This document shows, in pieces, positions 13,798 through 21,490 of a DNA stretch of 24,024 nt. Position 1 is the stretch's first letter. Every line of letters starts with the position of its first letter. Source of the stretch: an uncultured Myxococcales bacterium (GTDB lineage Bacteria > Myxococcota > UBA4151); the NCBI GenBank assembly GCA_964013405.1, contig CAXGWI010000044.1, positions 1-24,024 of the forward strand. Direction: 5' to 3'. Under the pieces are notes generated by a model. It had not been told where the DNA came from, made no database searches, and worked only from the letters and a program-made list of their open reading frames with translations. Position numbers and translations under genes: made by a program.

Positions 13798-16731
13798 TCA
13801 CTGGGCACAGAGCGTATCGTACTCAATTTCGATTTGCCCGCCCCGGCTTGGGATCGATCCAGCGTTGAAAACGACGGCGTTGGCTTCCCGGTCATAGAAC
13901 CAGCCGGTATTGCCTCCTTCTTGGCCCCGAGCGACTGGGTTACCATCCACCCGAACCTCGATCGTCTCAACCATTGGGCGCCGCGTCAGTCCAAAAGAGG
14001 ACCTGAAGGCGAAGGTGTCGAGTCCTAAAGCCCGCATCATTCCCCGCCAGTCGTTGGAGCAGATGTCTTGGGTCAGTCCATTGAGGCGATTGGCCAGTTC
14101 CATGTAGCGGCTCCCTCGATCCGCTTCACAGTTGTTACCGCCCTGTCCGACGATGGCCGAGAAGTTGATCAGGTCCCGGTTTCGCCAGCCCTTAATGGAG
14201 CGGAAGGCATCTTCGTAGAGTCCGACGGGGCCGCGACTCTGGTCCTCTTCATCGCTGACTGCGATGATGTAGAGTTTGGCTTCTTCCCGGAGGAACCCAG
14301 CATTGAGGCCGTCTTCGGCGAGACGATCGTGGCGGAAGAAATTCCGTGCCGCCTCGAGACCGGCCTCCCGGCTATCCGAACTGTTTCGATCGGGATTCCT
14401 GTTCCGGCTCACCCGGACATTGCATTCGAAATGCTCATACAGGCCGGGGGTATTGGCCTGGAGGTAAGGGGGCGGATCGCAGGCGGTATAGACTCCGCTC
14501 ATGTCACCATCAGCCAACGTGGTCGTGACCGCGATCTGAAAGTTCACGTTAATCTGCTGGGTCGCGAAACGGATGAACTCCCGGAAGTTACTGGCCAACG
14601 CATTTTGTTCGTCGCTCATGGAGCCCGAGTCATCCACCACCCAGAGCACATCCACCATGGGTTCGGCTGCTTGTTCAAAGCGGTCGATGTGATGGGTTTC
14701 TAGGGTCCCCTCGCCAACGAGGGGAACGGTGAATGCCTGCTCGTCTCCATCATTGTTTTCGATGATGAGAAGACCTTCCATGGGGCCCGCTTGGCGGGGG
14801 AACATGCGCACGCGCACTTCCGCGGTGTCTCCAGGGCGGACGACCAGTGGCACACGGGGGGCCCGGGTAATGCGGAATTCAGGATCCGAATTCTCCTCGA
14901 TGGAGAAGCCATTAATGGTGAGGTCAGCGTTGCCTAGATTGTAGATCGTCACCGTCTCTTCGACGCTGCCGCAACCGACGGTTTCGATGCCGAAGTCTAA
15001 GCGACCGGGAACGACGTCGATGTCTGGCTCTGCCGGTGTTGCTGAGAACCCGATGGAGAAGCTTCCTGGGCCCTCTTCATGTTCAAAGGTTTGGGGGGAA
15101 TCGGTGAAGATGGTGACGCCGTTACCGCACAAGGCGGTGGCTTGAGCACCACCTTGACCGCAGAGTAGGTCGCCTAAAGGCCCGGGAATGGGCGGCGAAC
15201 GGTGGGGCTGATAGGTGCCCGAATCGGTGCCTGCTAGTTGGGTGGGACGGAACGCGACCTCGATTCGGTATTCCTCCCCTGGTGCAATGAAGATACCCTC
15301 GTGATTTCCAAGGATCGAAAACTCCCGTTCGGGCGTTTGTTGCGGCTCAAAATTGAGGCCGAGAATGGAGCAAAGGGTGGATCCCGTATTCAGGATTTTG
15401 ATGGGGAGGATTTTCTCACTGCCCACCAAGACCGAGCCGAACTGAAGGATGCCATGGCGTCGGGTGAGCCGACCCAGTCCACCGGCATTCTCTGGAGTCA
15501 CTTCCAGCTCACAGATGGGCGCGCCGCCGCCATTTGCGGCGAGGGAGACGGTCACATTTTGATTGTTCGGATCGGGAACGAGCTCGTTTTCGAGAAAGTC
15601 GATTTCGATCGTGGCGTTGGCAGCGACAACGTCCTGCCTGTTTGGGCTTTCATACTGGACGATCAACTCGATCTGTCCTGTTTCGGGACGGGGAGCCGGG
15701 TTGAGGGTCTCTTCGTCGATGGTACCCCGCAGTCGGACTGGGAAGTTGAGGCCGTTCAGCCCTTCGATAATCTGGAACTCTTGGGAGCCCAGGGGGCCGC
15801 GAATATCCATGACATCGCAGTCGAGGCCGCCGACATTTGAGATGACGAGTCGCCGGGTAAGAGAATTGCCGCCGGGCACTCGTCCGAAGTGAATTTCGGT
15901 GGGGAGTACAGAGATCCGGCAGGCCGGTGCAGCGAGGCCACCGCCACGTAGGGGAATAATGAAGACCCCTTCCGGTGCTCGGGGGTCGTTGGTCTCAACC
16001 AGGACAGCCCCGCTCTTGTTACCCTCGGTCTCTGGGGCAAAGCGAAGGCCTTGGATGGTGGCCTCACCGGGGGCTAAACTGCCCGTGGTCGAGGAGGGGT
16101 CTGAGAAACTAAAGGCATCGTCACTGCCGTCCTGGAGACTGACGTTGGTGATCTCCAGAGCAAGGCGCCCACAACTGGTGAGACTGAGTTCTTTTTGGAC
16201 TTGGCCGCCCTGGAAGGCGTCACCGAATTCCATGGGGACGGGAGCTGCGCAGAGACGAGGTGCGAGACCATCGGCCGTCAGGAGCAGCCGGGCTTCGGGG
16301 TGCGCTGGGTCCGAGCTGACGACGACGAGGTCGGCGCAATCTTGGCCGTCGTCCAATGGCTTGTACTCCAAGACGAAGTCATGGGTCATTTCGGTGGCTA
16401 AGGTGCCTTCGAAATAGGGGACCGTGAACTCGCCTTCCGTGTAGCCAGCGGTGCAACTGGGGTCGGTACTGGCTTCAATGCGTATGGCTTCGACGAAGAG
16501 ATCCTTGGTCCCGATGCTCTCCAACTGGAGATTGGCGAGGGCCTGCTGGCCGTAGGGCACTGCACCGAGGTCAATGGACCGCAGTCCATCCCGGTAGTTG
16601 CTCCCGCGGTCGAGGTCGTGGATATCCAGGGAAGGAACAGGGAGTCTCGTGATCAGTTCATCCTCACAGTTGCAGTTGGCAAGCGCCAGTGGCAGCAACG
16701 CGAAGAGGCTCCAAAAAGGTCGTCGTCCCAT
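13798..16731 (-). CDS. Large surface lipoprotein: about five ASH/choice-of-anchor-D-like Ig repeats plus a VWA (MIDAS) domain (977 aa)
   Basis: Start reassigned to ATG 16731 (GGAGGAG upstream), giving signal MGRRPFWSLFALLPLALANC. Repeat starts IDLGAVPYG, MEFGDAFQG, IHFGRVPGG, LQFGSVLVG, LDFGIETVG. VWA motif VDVLWVVDDSGSM and later SDEEDQS. Confidence 0.85.
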   Translation of the reverse strand: MGRRPFWSLFALLPLALANCNCEDELITRLPVPSLDIHDLDRGSNYRDGLRSIDLGAVPYGQQALANLQLESIGTKDLFVEAIRIEASTDPSCTAGYTEGEFTVPYFEGTLATEMTHDFVLEYKPLDDGQDCADLVVVSSDPAHPEARLLLTADGLAPRLCAAPVPMEFGDAFQGGQVQKELSLTSCGRLALEITNVSLQDGSDDAFSFSDPSSTTGSLAPGEATIQGLRFAPETEGNKSGAVLVETNDPRAPEGVFIIPLRGGGLAAPACRISVLPTEIHFGRVPGGNSLTRRLVISNVGGLDCDVMDIRGPLGSQEFQIIEGLNGLNFPVRLRGTIDEETLNPAPRPETGQIELIVQYESPNRQDVVAANATIEIDFLENELVPDPNNQNVTVSLAANGGGAPICELEVTPENAGGLGRLTRRHGILQFGSVLVGSEKILPIKILNTGSTLCSILGLNFEPQQTPEREFSILGNHEGIFIAPGEEYRIEVAFRPTQLAGTDSGTYQPHRSPPIPGPLGDLLCGQGGAQATALCGNGVTIFTDSPQTFEHEEGPGSFSIGFSATPAEPDIDVVPGRLDFGIETVGCGSVEETVTIYNLGNADLTINGFSIEENSDPEFRITRAPRVPLVVRPGDTAEVRVRMFPRQAGPMEGLLIIENNDGDEQAFTVPLVGEGTLETHHIDRFEQAAEPMVDVLWVVDDSGSMSDEQNALASNFREFIRFATQQINVNFQIAVTTTLADGDMSGVYTACDPPPYLQANTPGLYEHFECNVRVSRNRNPDRNSSDSREAGLEAARNFFRHDRLAEDGLNAGFLREEAKLYIIAVSDEEDQSRGPVGLYEDAFRSIKGWRNRDLINFSAIVGQGGNNCEADRGSRYMELANRLNGLTQDICSNDWRGMMRALGLDTFAFRSSFGLTRRPMVETIEVRVDGNPVARGQEGGNTGWFYDREANAVVFNAGSIPSRGGQIEIEYDTLCAQ

Positions 16732-16792
16732 CCATTCTCCTCCAGGCACACCGTGCCGCCGGCAGTCTTGCCTTACTTTTTGCCTCGTTCGC

Positions 16793-17713
16793 ATGGGACG
16801 AATGACGGTCCTTTGTACCTTTTTCGCCTGTGTCCAGTCGCCTGCGCCCAAGCCCGTGAAAACCCAGCGTTCCTTGCAGACGGTGGCCGCCACCCGGCCT
16901 GAGCAGCGGCCTGTTCCCGCGCCGCCGAAAGAAGTCCGGAAGCGGGCAAAGAAAAAACCGAAGCGATCCCGCTCGAAACGGCGCCGTCAGCGGATGCGCT
17001 CGATCATGAAGCGCTTCCAGTCCTTGTCGCCGGTGGTCGTGAGCGACCGTCGCTCATTTCAACCGCTCCCGCCCCGGCGACAGCGCCTTTGGCAGGACCT
17101 CCTAGAGCAAGCCGGTGGTTGGGCGGCCCGGGCCCGGGGCGAGCAGGACCGTCGTTTTGCCTCGGTTTTGGCTCGTTGGTTAGAGGATCAACTGGCGTTG
17201 GAGCAGCGACAGTTTTCCCGGGATAAAGAGTTGGAGTTGGCGACTTGGGAAATGATTCGCTTCTGTGCGGCCCGGGGTGAAGTCGAGAATCTGCGCTTAA
17301 CCGTGCTCGAACAACGGCTGACTTGGCCCTTACGGCAGGTGGTCGTGACCAGTTTCTTTGGCCCCCGGAAGAACCCATTCGGCAAGGGGGAGCGCCAGCA
17401 CGAGGGGATCGATTTGGCTGCGGCCGTAGGGACTCCGGTCTTCGCAATCGCCGCAGGGCGAGTCACCCGGGCCCGGACCACAGGGGGCTATGGTCGGATG
17501 GTGGAGATCGATCATGGCAAAGGCTTAGTGAGCCGTTACGCCCATCTTTCTTCCAGTGATCTCCGGCCCGGTGATGTGGTCACCGCCGGGAGTCAGGTTG
17601 GTGAGACTGGTCAGTCGGGACGGGTGACAGGGCCACATCTACATCTCGAGGTTCGGCTCAAGGGGGCCCCGGTAGACCCCCTGCTGTTGGCCGGTTGGCG
17701 ATCACCGCCTTAG
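16793..17713 (+). CDS. M23-family metallopeptidase (peptidoglycan endopeptidase-like), start uncertain
   Basis: Zinc motifs HEGID (HxxxD) and GPHLHLEV (HxH), plus TSFFGPR..P, GYG..VEIDH and YAHLS. The ORF-track start overlaps the divergent gene. ATG 16793 gives a short possible lipoprotein signal MGRMTVLCTFFAC. Confidence 0.88.
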   Translation: MGRMTVLCTFFACVQSPAPKPVKTQRSLQTVAATRPEQRPVPAPPKEVRKRAKKKPKRSRSKRRRQRMRSIMKRFQSLSPVVVSDRRSFQPLPPRRQRLWQDLLEQAGGWAARARGEQDRRFASVLARWLEDQLALEQRQFSRDKELELATWEMIRFCAARGEVENLRLTVLEQRLTWPLRQVVVTSFFGPRKNPFGKGERQHEGIDLAAAVGTPVFAIAAGRVTRARTTGGYGRMVEIDHGKGLVSRYAHLSSSDLRPGDVVTAGSQVGETGQSGRVTGPHLHLEVRLKGAPVDPLLLAGWRSPP

Positions 17714-17723
17714 CGCAGCCGGG

Positions 17724-17873
17724 CTAGTGGACCAGATGGCTGGTCAGGTCCTCGCCCGAGTCGGCATCTACCTCAACAGGCAGCCCATCAGCTCGGTGCT
17801 CCCCATCGGCTGCAATACCGAAGGCTGCTAGCTCTTCTTCACTCAGAACCCGCTGCAGTTCACCCAGAGTCAT
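17724..17873 (-). CDS. Small acidic hypothetical protein (49 aa)
   Basis: ATG 17873 preceded by GGGGGGAG at 6-nt spacing. Reads MTLGELQRVLSEEELAAFGI...HLVH and occupies an otherwise empty gap. Confidence 0.5.
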   Translation of the reverse strand: MTLGELQRVLSEEELAAFGIAADGEHRADGLPVEVDADSGEDLTSHLVH

Positions 17874-17981
17874 CTTGTTCTCCCCCCCAAAAGTCGAAGA
17901 TGTTTCCTGGCCTAGAGGCTGAGCTAGCACAGGGAGGAGATGCGGCCAAGAGGCCACGGTCGATTTTTTTTCGTGCTGCGA

Positions 17982-18197
17982 TTAGGCGGGGCTTAGGCAG
18001 CCTGGGAGGGAGGAATGAGTCTCCCAATGACGAGCTTCGGCGGCTTCGACCAAGTCTCGCAACTGGGACATGCAGCTGCCGCAGTCGAGACCGCAGTGGG
18101 TTTGGGCCTGCACCGTAGAGACGGAGTCTGCCTCGCCGCTCTCAAGGAGTTTCTTGATCCGGCGATCAGAGACACCATGACAAAGACAGACGATCAT
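17982..18197 (-). CDS. bfd: Bacterioferritin-associated ferredoxin-like [2Fe-2S] protein (71 aa)
   Basis: MIVCLCHGVSDRRI...CGLDCGSC matches the Bfd C-x-C...C-x2-C pattern. Start reassigned to ATG 18197 with GAGGAG RBS. Confidence 0.9.
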   Translation of the reverse strand: MIVCLCHGVSDRRIKKLLESGEADSVSTVQAQTHCGLDCGSCMSQLRDLVEAAEARHWETHSSLPGCLSPA

Positions 18198-18214
18198 GAC
18201 CCTGCTCCTCTTGA

Positions 18215-18235
18215 TATTGATAGCCGTTCTCAATA
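18215..18235. promoter_or_regulatory. Fur-box-like operator upstream of bfd
   Basis: AT-rich inverted repeat TATTGA-N9-TCAATA, 17 bp upstream of the bfd start, with tandem TTGATA hexamers at 18211-18222. Overlaps a candidate minus-strand promoter TTGCGG(18245-18240)-N17-TATCAA(18222-18217). Confidence 0.65.
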
Positions 18236-18284
18236 GACCCCGCAAGTTAGAAATGACCGACGACAAATAAAGGGTCTTTGGCTT

Positions 18285-19733
18285 CTACTCGAAGGAGATT
18301 TGTACCGGCGTTGGGCGGTTCTCAAGGGTTCCATCGCCCAACTGGCCGACGCCATTGTGACCCCAGCACCAAAGGCGGCGCCGTTGGTCGATGCCGCAGT
18401 TGTGGTAATAGCCGGCTTCGATGCTCACAAACCCGCTGTCGCCATCCCTCGCCACGGCCTGGGGAATCAACTGATCCTCCATGGTCCCGATGCCCAGTTG
18501 GCCGCCGTGGTTCTGGCCCCAGCACATGAAGCCGCCGGATTCTTGGAGGCCGCAACTGTGGGTGCCACCCACCGCCATCTGCGTGACTCGATCGAGGAGA
18601 ATGACAGGGGTACCGTTGACCGAAGGGTTGGTGCTGCCATTACCCAGTTGGCCGTTGTGGTTCGCACCCCAGCAATAACCCGTGTTGGCCACGGTTCGGA
18701 TACAGCCATGAAACCAGTTTACCGAGAGGCTCTGTGCCGGTGGAAGCGTGGGCGCTAAGGGGGGGCTTAGGAGCTCAGCAGCGCCCTCGAAAGCCAATTG
18801 GTTTTCGTGATTCGAGCCCCAGCAGTGGACGTTGACCCCACCGCTTAGGGTGCAGGTATTTGCGATACCCAGGGCCACTTGCTGGACCCCAGAGACGCCA
18901 AGAACCCGCGTGGGCTCGAAGCGAGAAACTCGATCTCCAAGGCCCAGTTGGCCCTCTTCGTTGCGGCCCCAGCAAAAGAGATCCCCGTTGCTCAGTGCGC
19001 AACTATGACCCTTCGCGAGGGCAAAATCTTGGACCACGGGGAGGCCCCCCACCGCGATCGGGGGATGCACGTCGAGATTCTCGTTCGCCAATTGCCCCCA
19101 AGTGTTCCGGCCCCAGCACTGCATGGAGCCCTGATTGTCCAAGGCGCAGGCGTGACTCTCGCCGGCACCGATCCGTGTGACGTTGGCCAAGTTGACCGGG
19201 ACGGGGCGAGTTTGCACGGCCCCTTCTCGTCCCAATTGTTGGAACTCGTTGTCACCCCAGCAATACACCTGGCCGTTGCCCTGTAGGCTGCAGGTGAAGT
19301 GCCCACCTGCTGCGATTTGTGTGGTTTCACAGAGGCCGCCGCAAGGGGCGGGGCCGGTGTCCTGGGGCCCGCTGTCCTGGGGCCCGCTGTCCTGGGGCCC
19401 GCTGTCCTGGGGCCCGGCATCGCTGGCTCCCCCGTCTACAGCGACGCCTGCGTCCCCCGTATCCCCGGTGGCGGTTGTATCTGGCAACGAACCGTCGGCG
19501 GGGCCGGCGTCGTTGGGGCCCGTGTCCTCTGGGCCGTCGCCGAGGCTTGCGTCGAGGCCGGCATCACCACCCCCATCGGGGGGCAAGCCGCCTCCGTCAC
19601 CACCATCGGGAAAGGACTGGGTATCGGTCCGAGCCGAAGGCCCTCCGTCGTCCAGGCGCGGAGGTGGGAGGTCGAGCACGAGCCCACAGCCCAGACTCAG
19701 TGACCAGGTCATCACCAGAAGTTTGCTTCTCAT
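18285..19733 (-). CDS. RCC1/BLIP-II-repeat beta-propeller lipoprotein with Asp/Gly/Pro-rich linker
   Basis: Signal ending SLGC, a ~100-aa DGG/DAG linker, and seven repeats of G..H.C.L..G...CWG.N..GQLG. ATGA overlap with the engB stop. Confidence 0.9.
   Translation of the reverse strand: MRSKLLVMTWSLSLGCGLVLDLPPPRLDDGGPSARTDTQSFPDGGDGGGLPPDGGGDAGLDASLGDGPEDTGPNDAGPADGSLPDTTATGDTGDAGVAVDGGASDAGPQDSGPQDSGPQDSGPQDTGPAPCGGLCETTQIAAGGHFTCSLQGNGQVYCWGDNEFQQLGREGAVQTRPVPVNLANVTRIGAGESHACALDNQGSMQCWGRNTWGQLANENLDVHPPIAVGGLPVVQDFALAKGHSCALSNGDLFCWGRNEEGQLGLGDRVSRFEPTRVLGVSGVQQVALGIANTCTLSGGVNVHCWGSNHENQLAFEGAAELLSPPLAPTLPPAQSLSVNWFHGCIRTVANTGYCWGANHNGQLGNGSTNPSVNGTPVILLDRVTQMAVGGTHSCGLQESGGFMCWGQNHGGQLGIGTMEDQLIPQAVARDGDSGFVSIEAGYYHNCGIDQRRRLWCWGHNGVGQLGDGTLENRPTPVQISFE
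19358..19416. repeat. 15-bp in-frame tandem repeat, about 4 copies (encodes GPQDS)
   Basis: TGTCCTGGGGCCCGC three times exactly plus a 14/15 copy. Confidence 0.95.
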
Positions 19734-20341
19734 GCATCCTCCGTGAGGGACCAGAGCCGTTCGGTCAACGCAGAGATTCCAATCCCTTTCGTCGAGGAGG
19801 TCAACAGGGGCGGCCGGGCGAGACCCATTCGCATTTGGAGCGCGTCGAGGGCTGGCCGCCGTTTGTTTCGAGCCAACTGGTCACTTTTCGTGATGACCAC
19901 CTCAGCATAGCCGACATCGCAGAGCCCATCGAAGGCCGCGAGGTCCTGGTCCGAAGGGCCTCGCTTGAGGTCGATGAGCAGGATGGCTAAGCGATGGCGA
20001 CCGGCCGATAGATAGCGGTTAATCCGCCGACTCATCTCCCGTTGTTGGTCCTTGCTCACACGGGCGTAGCCATAACCGGGAAGGTCGACAAATCGAACGG
20101 CTCGCCGTTCATCGGCCGGGTTCACGAGGTCTGCGGAGAAGAAGTTGAGTTCCTGGGTTTTGCCCGGACGGTCGGCCACCCGGACGAGCTTACGGGTGCC
20201 AAAGAGCGCGTTGAGTAGAGAACTCTTACCCACGTTGCTCCGACCCGCGACCACGATTTCCGCTGTTGCTTCATCGCTCGGGAATTGGGCTTCCCGCACA
20301 GCACCGATGAGAAAGCTGGGGTTGATGATCCGGAAGCTCAT
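19730..20341 (-). CDS. engB: Ribosome biogenesis GTP-binding protein EngB (YihA/YsxC)
   Basis: G1 GRSNVGKSS, G2 PGKT, G3 DLPGYGYA and G4 TKSD; 203 aa. Confidence 0.96.
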   Translation of the reverse strand: MSFRIINPSFLIGAVREAQFPSDEATAEIVVAGRSNVGKSSLLNALFGTRKLVRVADRPGKTQELNFFSADLVNPADERRAVRFVDLPGYGYARVSKDQQREMSRRINRYLSAGRHRLAILLIDLKRGPSDQDLAAFDGLCDVGYAEVVITKSDQLARNKRRPALDALQMRMGLARPPLLTSSTKGIGISALTERLWSLTEDA

Positions 20342-20348
20342 CGAGTGG

Positions 20349-20849
20349 TCAGGGGCTCGGCGCCGGGGCCGGCGTCGGGGCCGGCGTTGGGGCCGGTGTC
20401 ACCGCGGGCGACTTGGTGCCCTTGTGGTGTAGCTTTCGCCAGAGCTCGACGAGATTCAGTGGCTTGAGTTTGGGGCTGTGCCCGCCCACGTGACAGCGCT
20501 GGCAGGTTGCGAGGCTCTGGGGCAGGAGCCCAAGATAACCCCGAAGGTTCGGGTCACGCATGATGTGGGAGGGAGCGTAGGCGCTGCCCGGTCCGTGGCA
20601 GGTCTCACAGTGGACGCCAGCCTGTCGGTTTTGTCGGTCCGGTGCGTGACACGTCAGGCATTGAGGGCGCTTTCGGTCCGCTTCCTTGAGGCGGTGCCAA
20701 CTTTTCGCGTGTAAGTGAGTCGCCCAGTCAGTATGTGCTGCCTCGTGGCACTTGCTGCAGCGCTCTGGACCGATGCTCCGCGGGGGATCAGACCAAGTGA
20801 TGCCCGGTCCCAAAAGTAGAACCAGGACCGCAGCGAGACGCCAACACAT
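20349..20849 (-). CDS. Periplasmic tetraheme c-type cytochrome (c554-like family)
   Basis: Signal peptide and four CXXCH motifs (CSKCH, CLTCH, CETCH, CQRCH). Family patterns G.E.C..CH....W...HA and GV.CE.CHGPGS. Pro/Thr/Ala tail; GGAGGA RBS. Confidence 0.9.
   Translation of the reverse strand: MCWRLAAVLVLLLGPGITWSDPPRSIGPERCSKCHEAAHTDWATHLHAKSWHRLKEADRKRPQCLTCHAPDRQNRQAGVHCETCHGPGSAYAPSHIMRDPNLRGYLGLLPQSLATCQRCHVGGHSPKLKPLNLVELWRKLHHKGTKSPAVTPAPTPAPTPAPAPSP
20365..20400. repeat. 12-bp tandem repeat x3 (encodes TPAP in the cytochrome tail)
   Basis: GGGGCCGGCGTC GGGGCCGGCGTT GGGGCCGGTGTC. Confidence 0.85.
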
Positions 20850-20908
20850 GATGTCCTCCGTAGGGGCGCTAACACGGCGATCGCGCGGCGGGCAACGATG
20901 GAGTGAGC

Positions 20909-21490
20909 ATGAGGATCATTGGTCTGACCGGCGGAATTGGCGCAGGAAAGTCTGAGGTCGCACGTCTATTAGCGAGACGCGATATTCCGGTGATCAACGC
21001 GGACAAGTTGAGCCGGGAGGTTGTTGAGCCAGGGACGAAGGGCTTGAAGGCCGTGATCGCTAAGTTCGGCGACTCGGTGTTACGCCCCGACGGTGGGCTG
21101 AACCGCAAGGGGCTGGCGACTCGCATCTTTGAGAGCAAGAGGGACCGACGCAGCCTGGAGGCGATTCTGCATCCCTTGATTCGGGAACGGGCCGAGGCCC
21201 ATCTCGGCCTCCTAGAAGAAAGCGGTTCGTCAGTGGTCGTCTTGGAGAGTCCCTTGCTGTTCGAAGCGGGCCAGGATGATCTTTGCGACGCGGTGATCGT
21301 GGTGGTTGCTCGGGAGGAACTTCGGGCCCGACGGTGTAAGCGCCGGGACGGCATGACGCTCGATAGCTTCCAGGCCCGACTAGACGCGCAGATGAGCGAC
21401 AAAGCCCGGGTCAAGCTAGCCGACATCGTTGTCGAGAATAACGGTAGCTTGGAAGAGTTGCGCCGAACCGTCGACGCCATCTCGATCTAG
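20909..21490 (+). CDS. coaE: Dephospho-CoA kinase
   Basis: IGLTGGIGAGKS P-loop, INAD, LEAILHP.IR, PLLFE, R..AQM and ADIVVENNG motifs. ATG 20909 after GGAG (alternative GTG 20903). Confidence 0.97.
   Translation: MRIIGLTGGIGAGKSEVARLLARRDIPVINADKLSREVVEPGTKGLKAVIAKFGDSVLRPDGGLNRKGLATRIFESKRDRRSLEAILHPLIRERAEAHLGLLEESGSSVVVLESPLLFEAGQDDLCDAVIVVVAREELRARRCKRRDGMTLDSFQARLDAQMSDKARVKLADIVVENNGSLEELRRTVDAISI

Noticed and set aside
16741..16790. Sigma54 promoter in the divergent region
   Set aside because: The GGCA motifs are not followed by GC at the required GG-N10-GC spacing on either strand.
16598..16893. Apparent 296-bp head-to-head overlap of the VWA lipoprotein and M23 ORFs
   Set aside because: Artefact of longest-ORF starts. 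RBS and signal peptide support 16731 (-), and 16793 or later (+) removes the overlap.
19358..19416. Tandem repeats as a CRISPR array
   Set aside because: No spacers, units are 15 bp and in frame within a CDS, and there are no cas genes.
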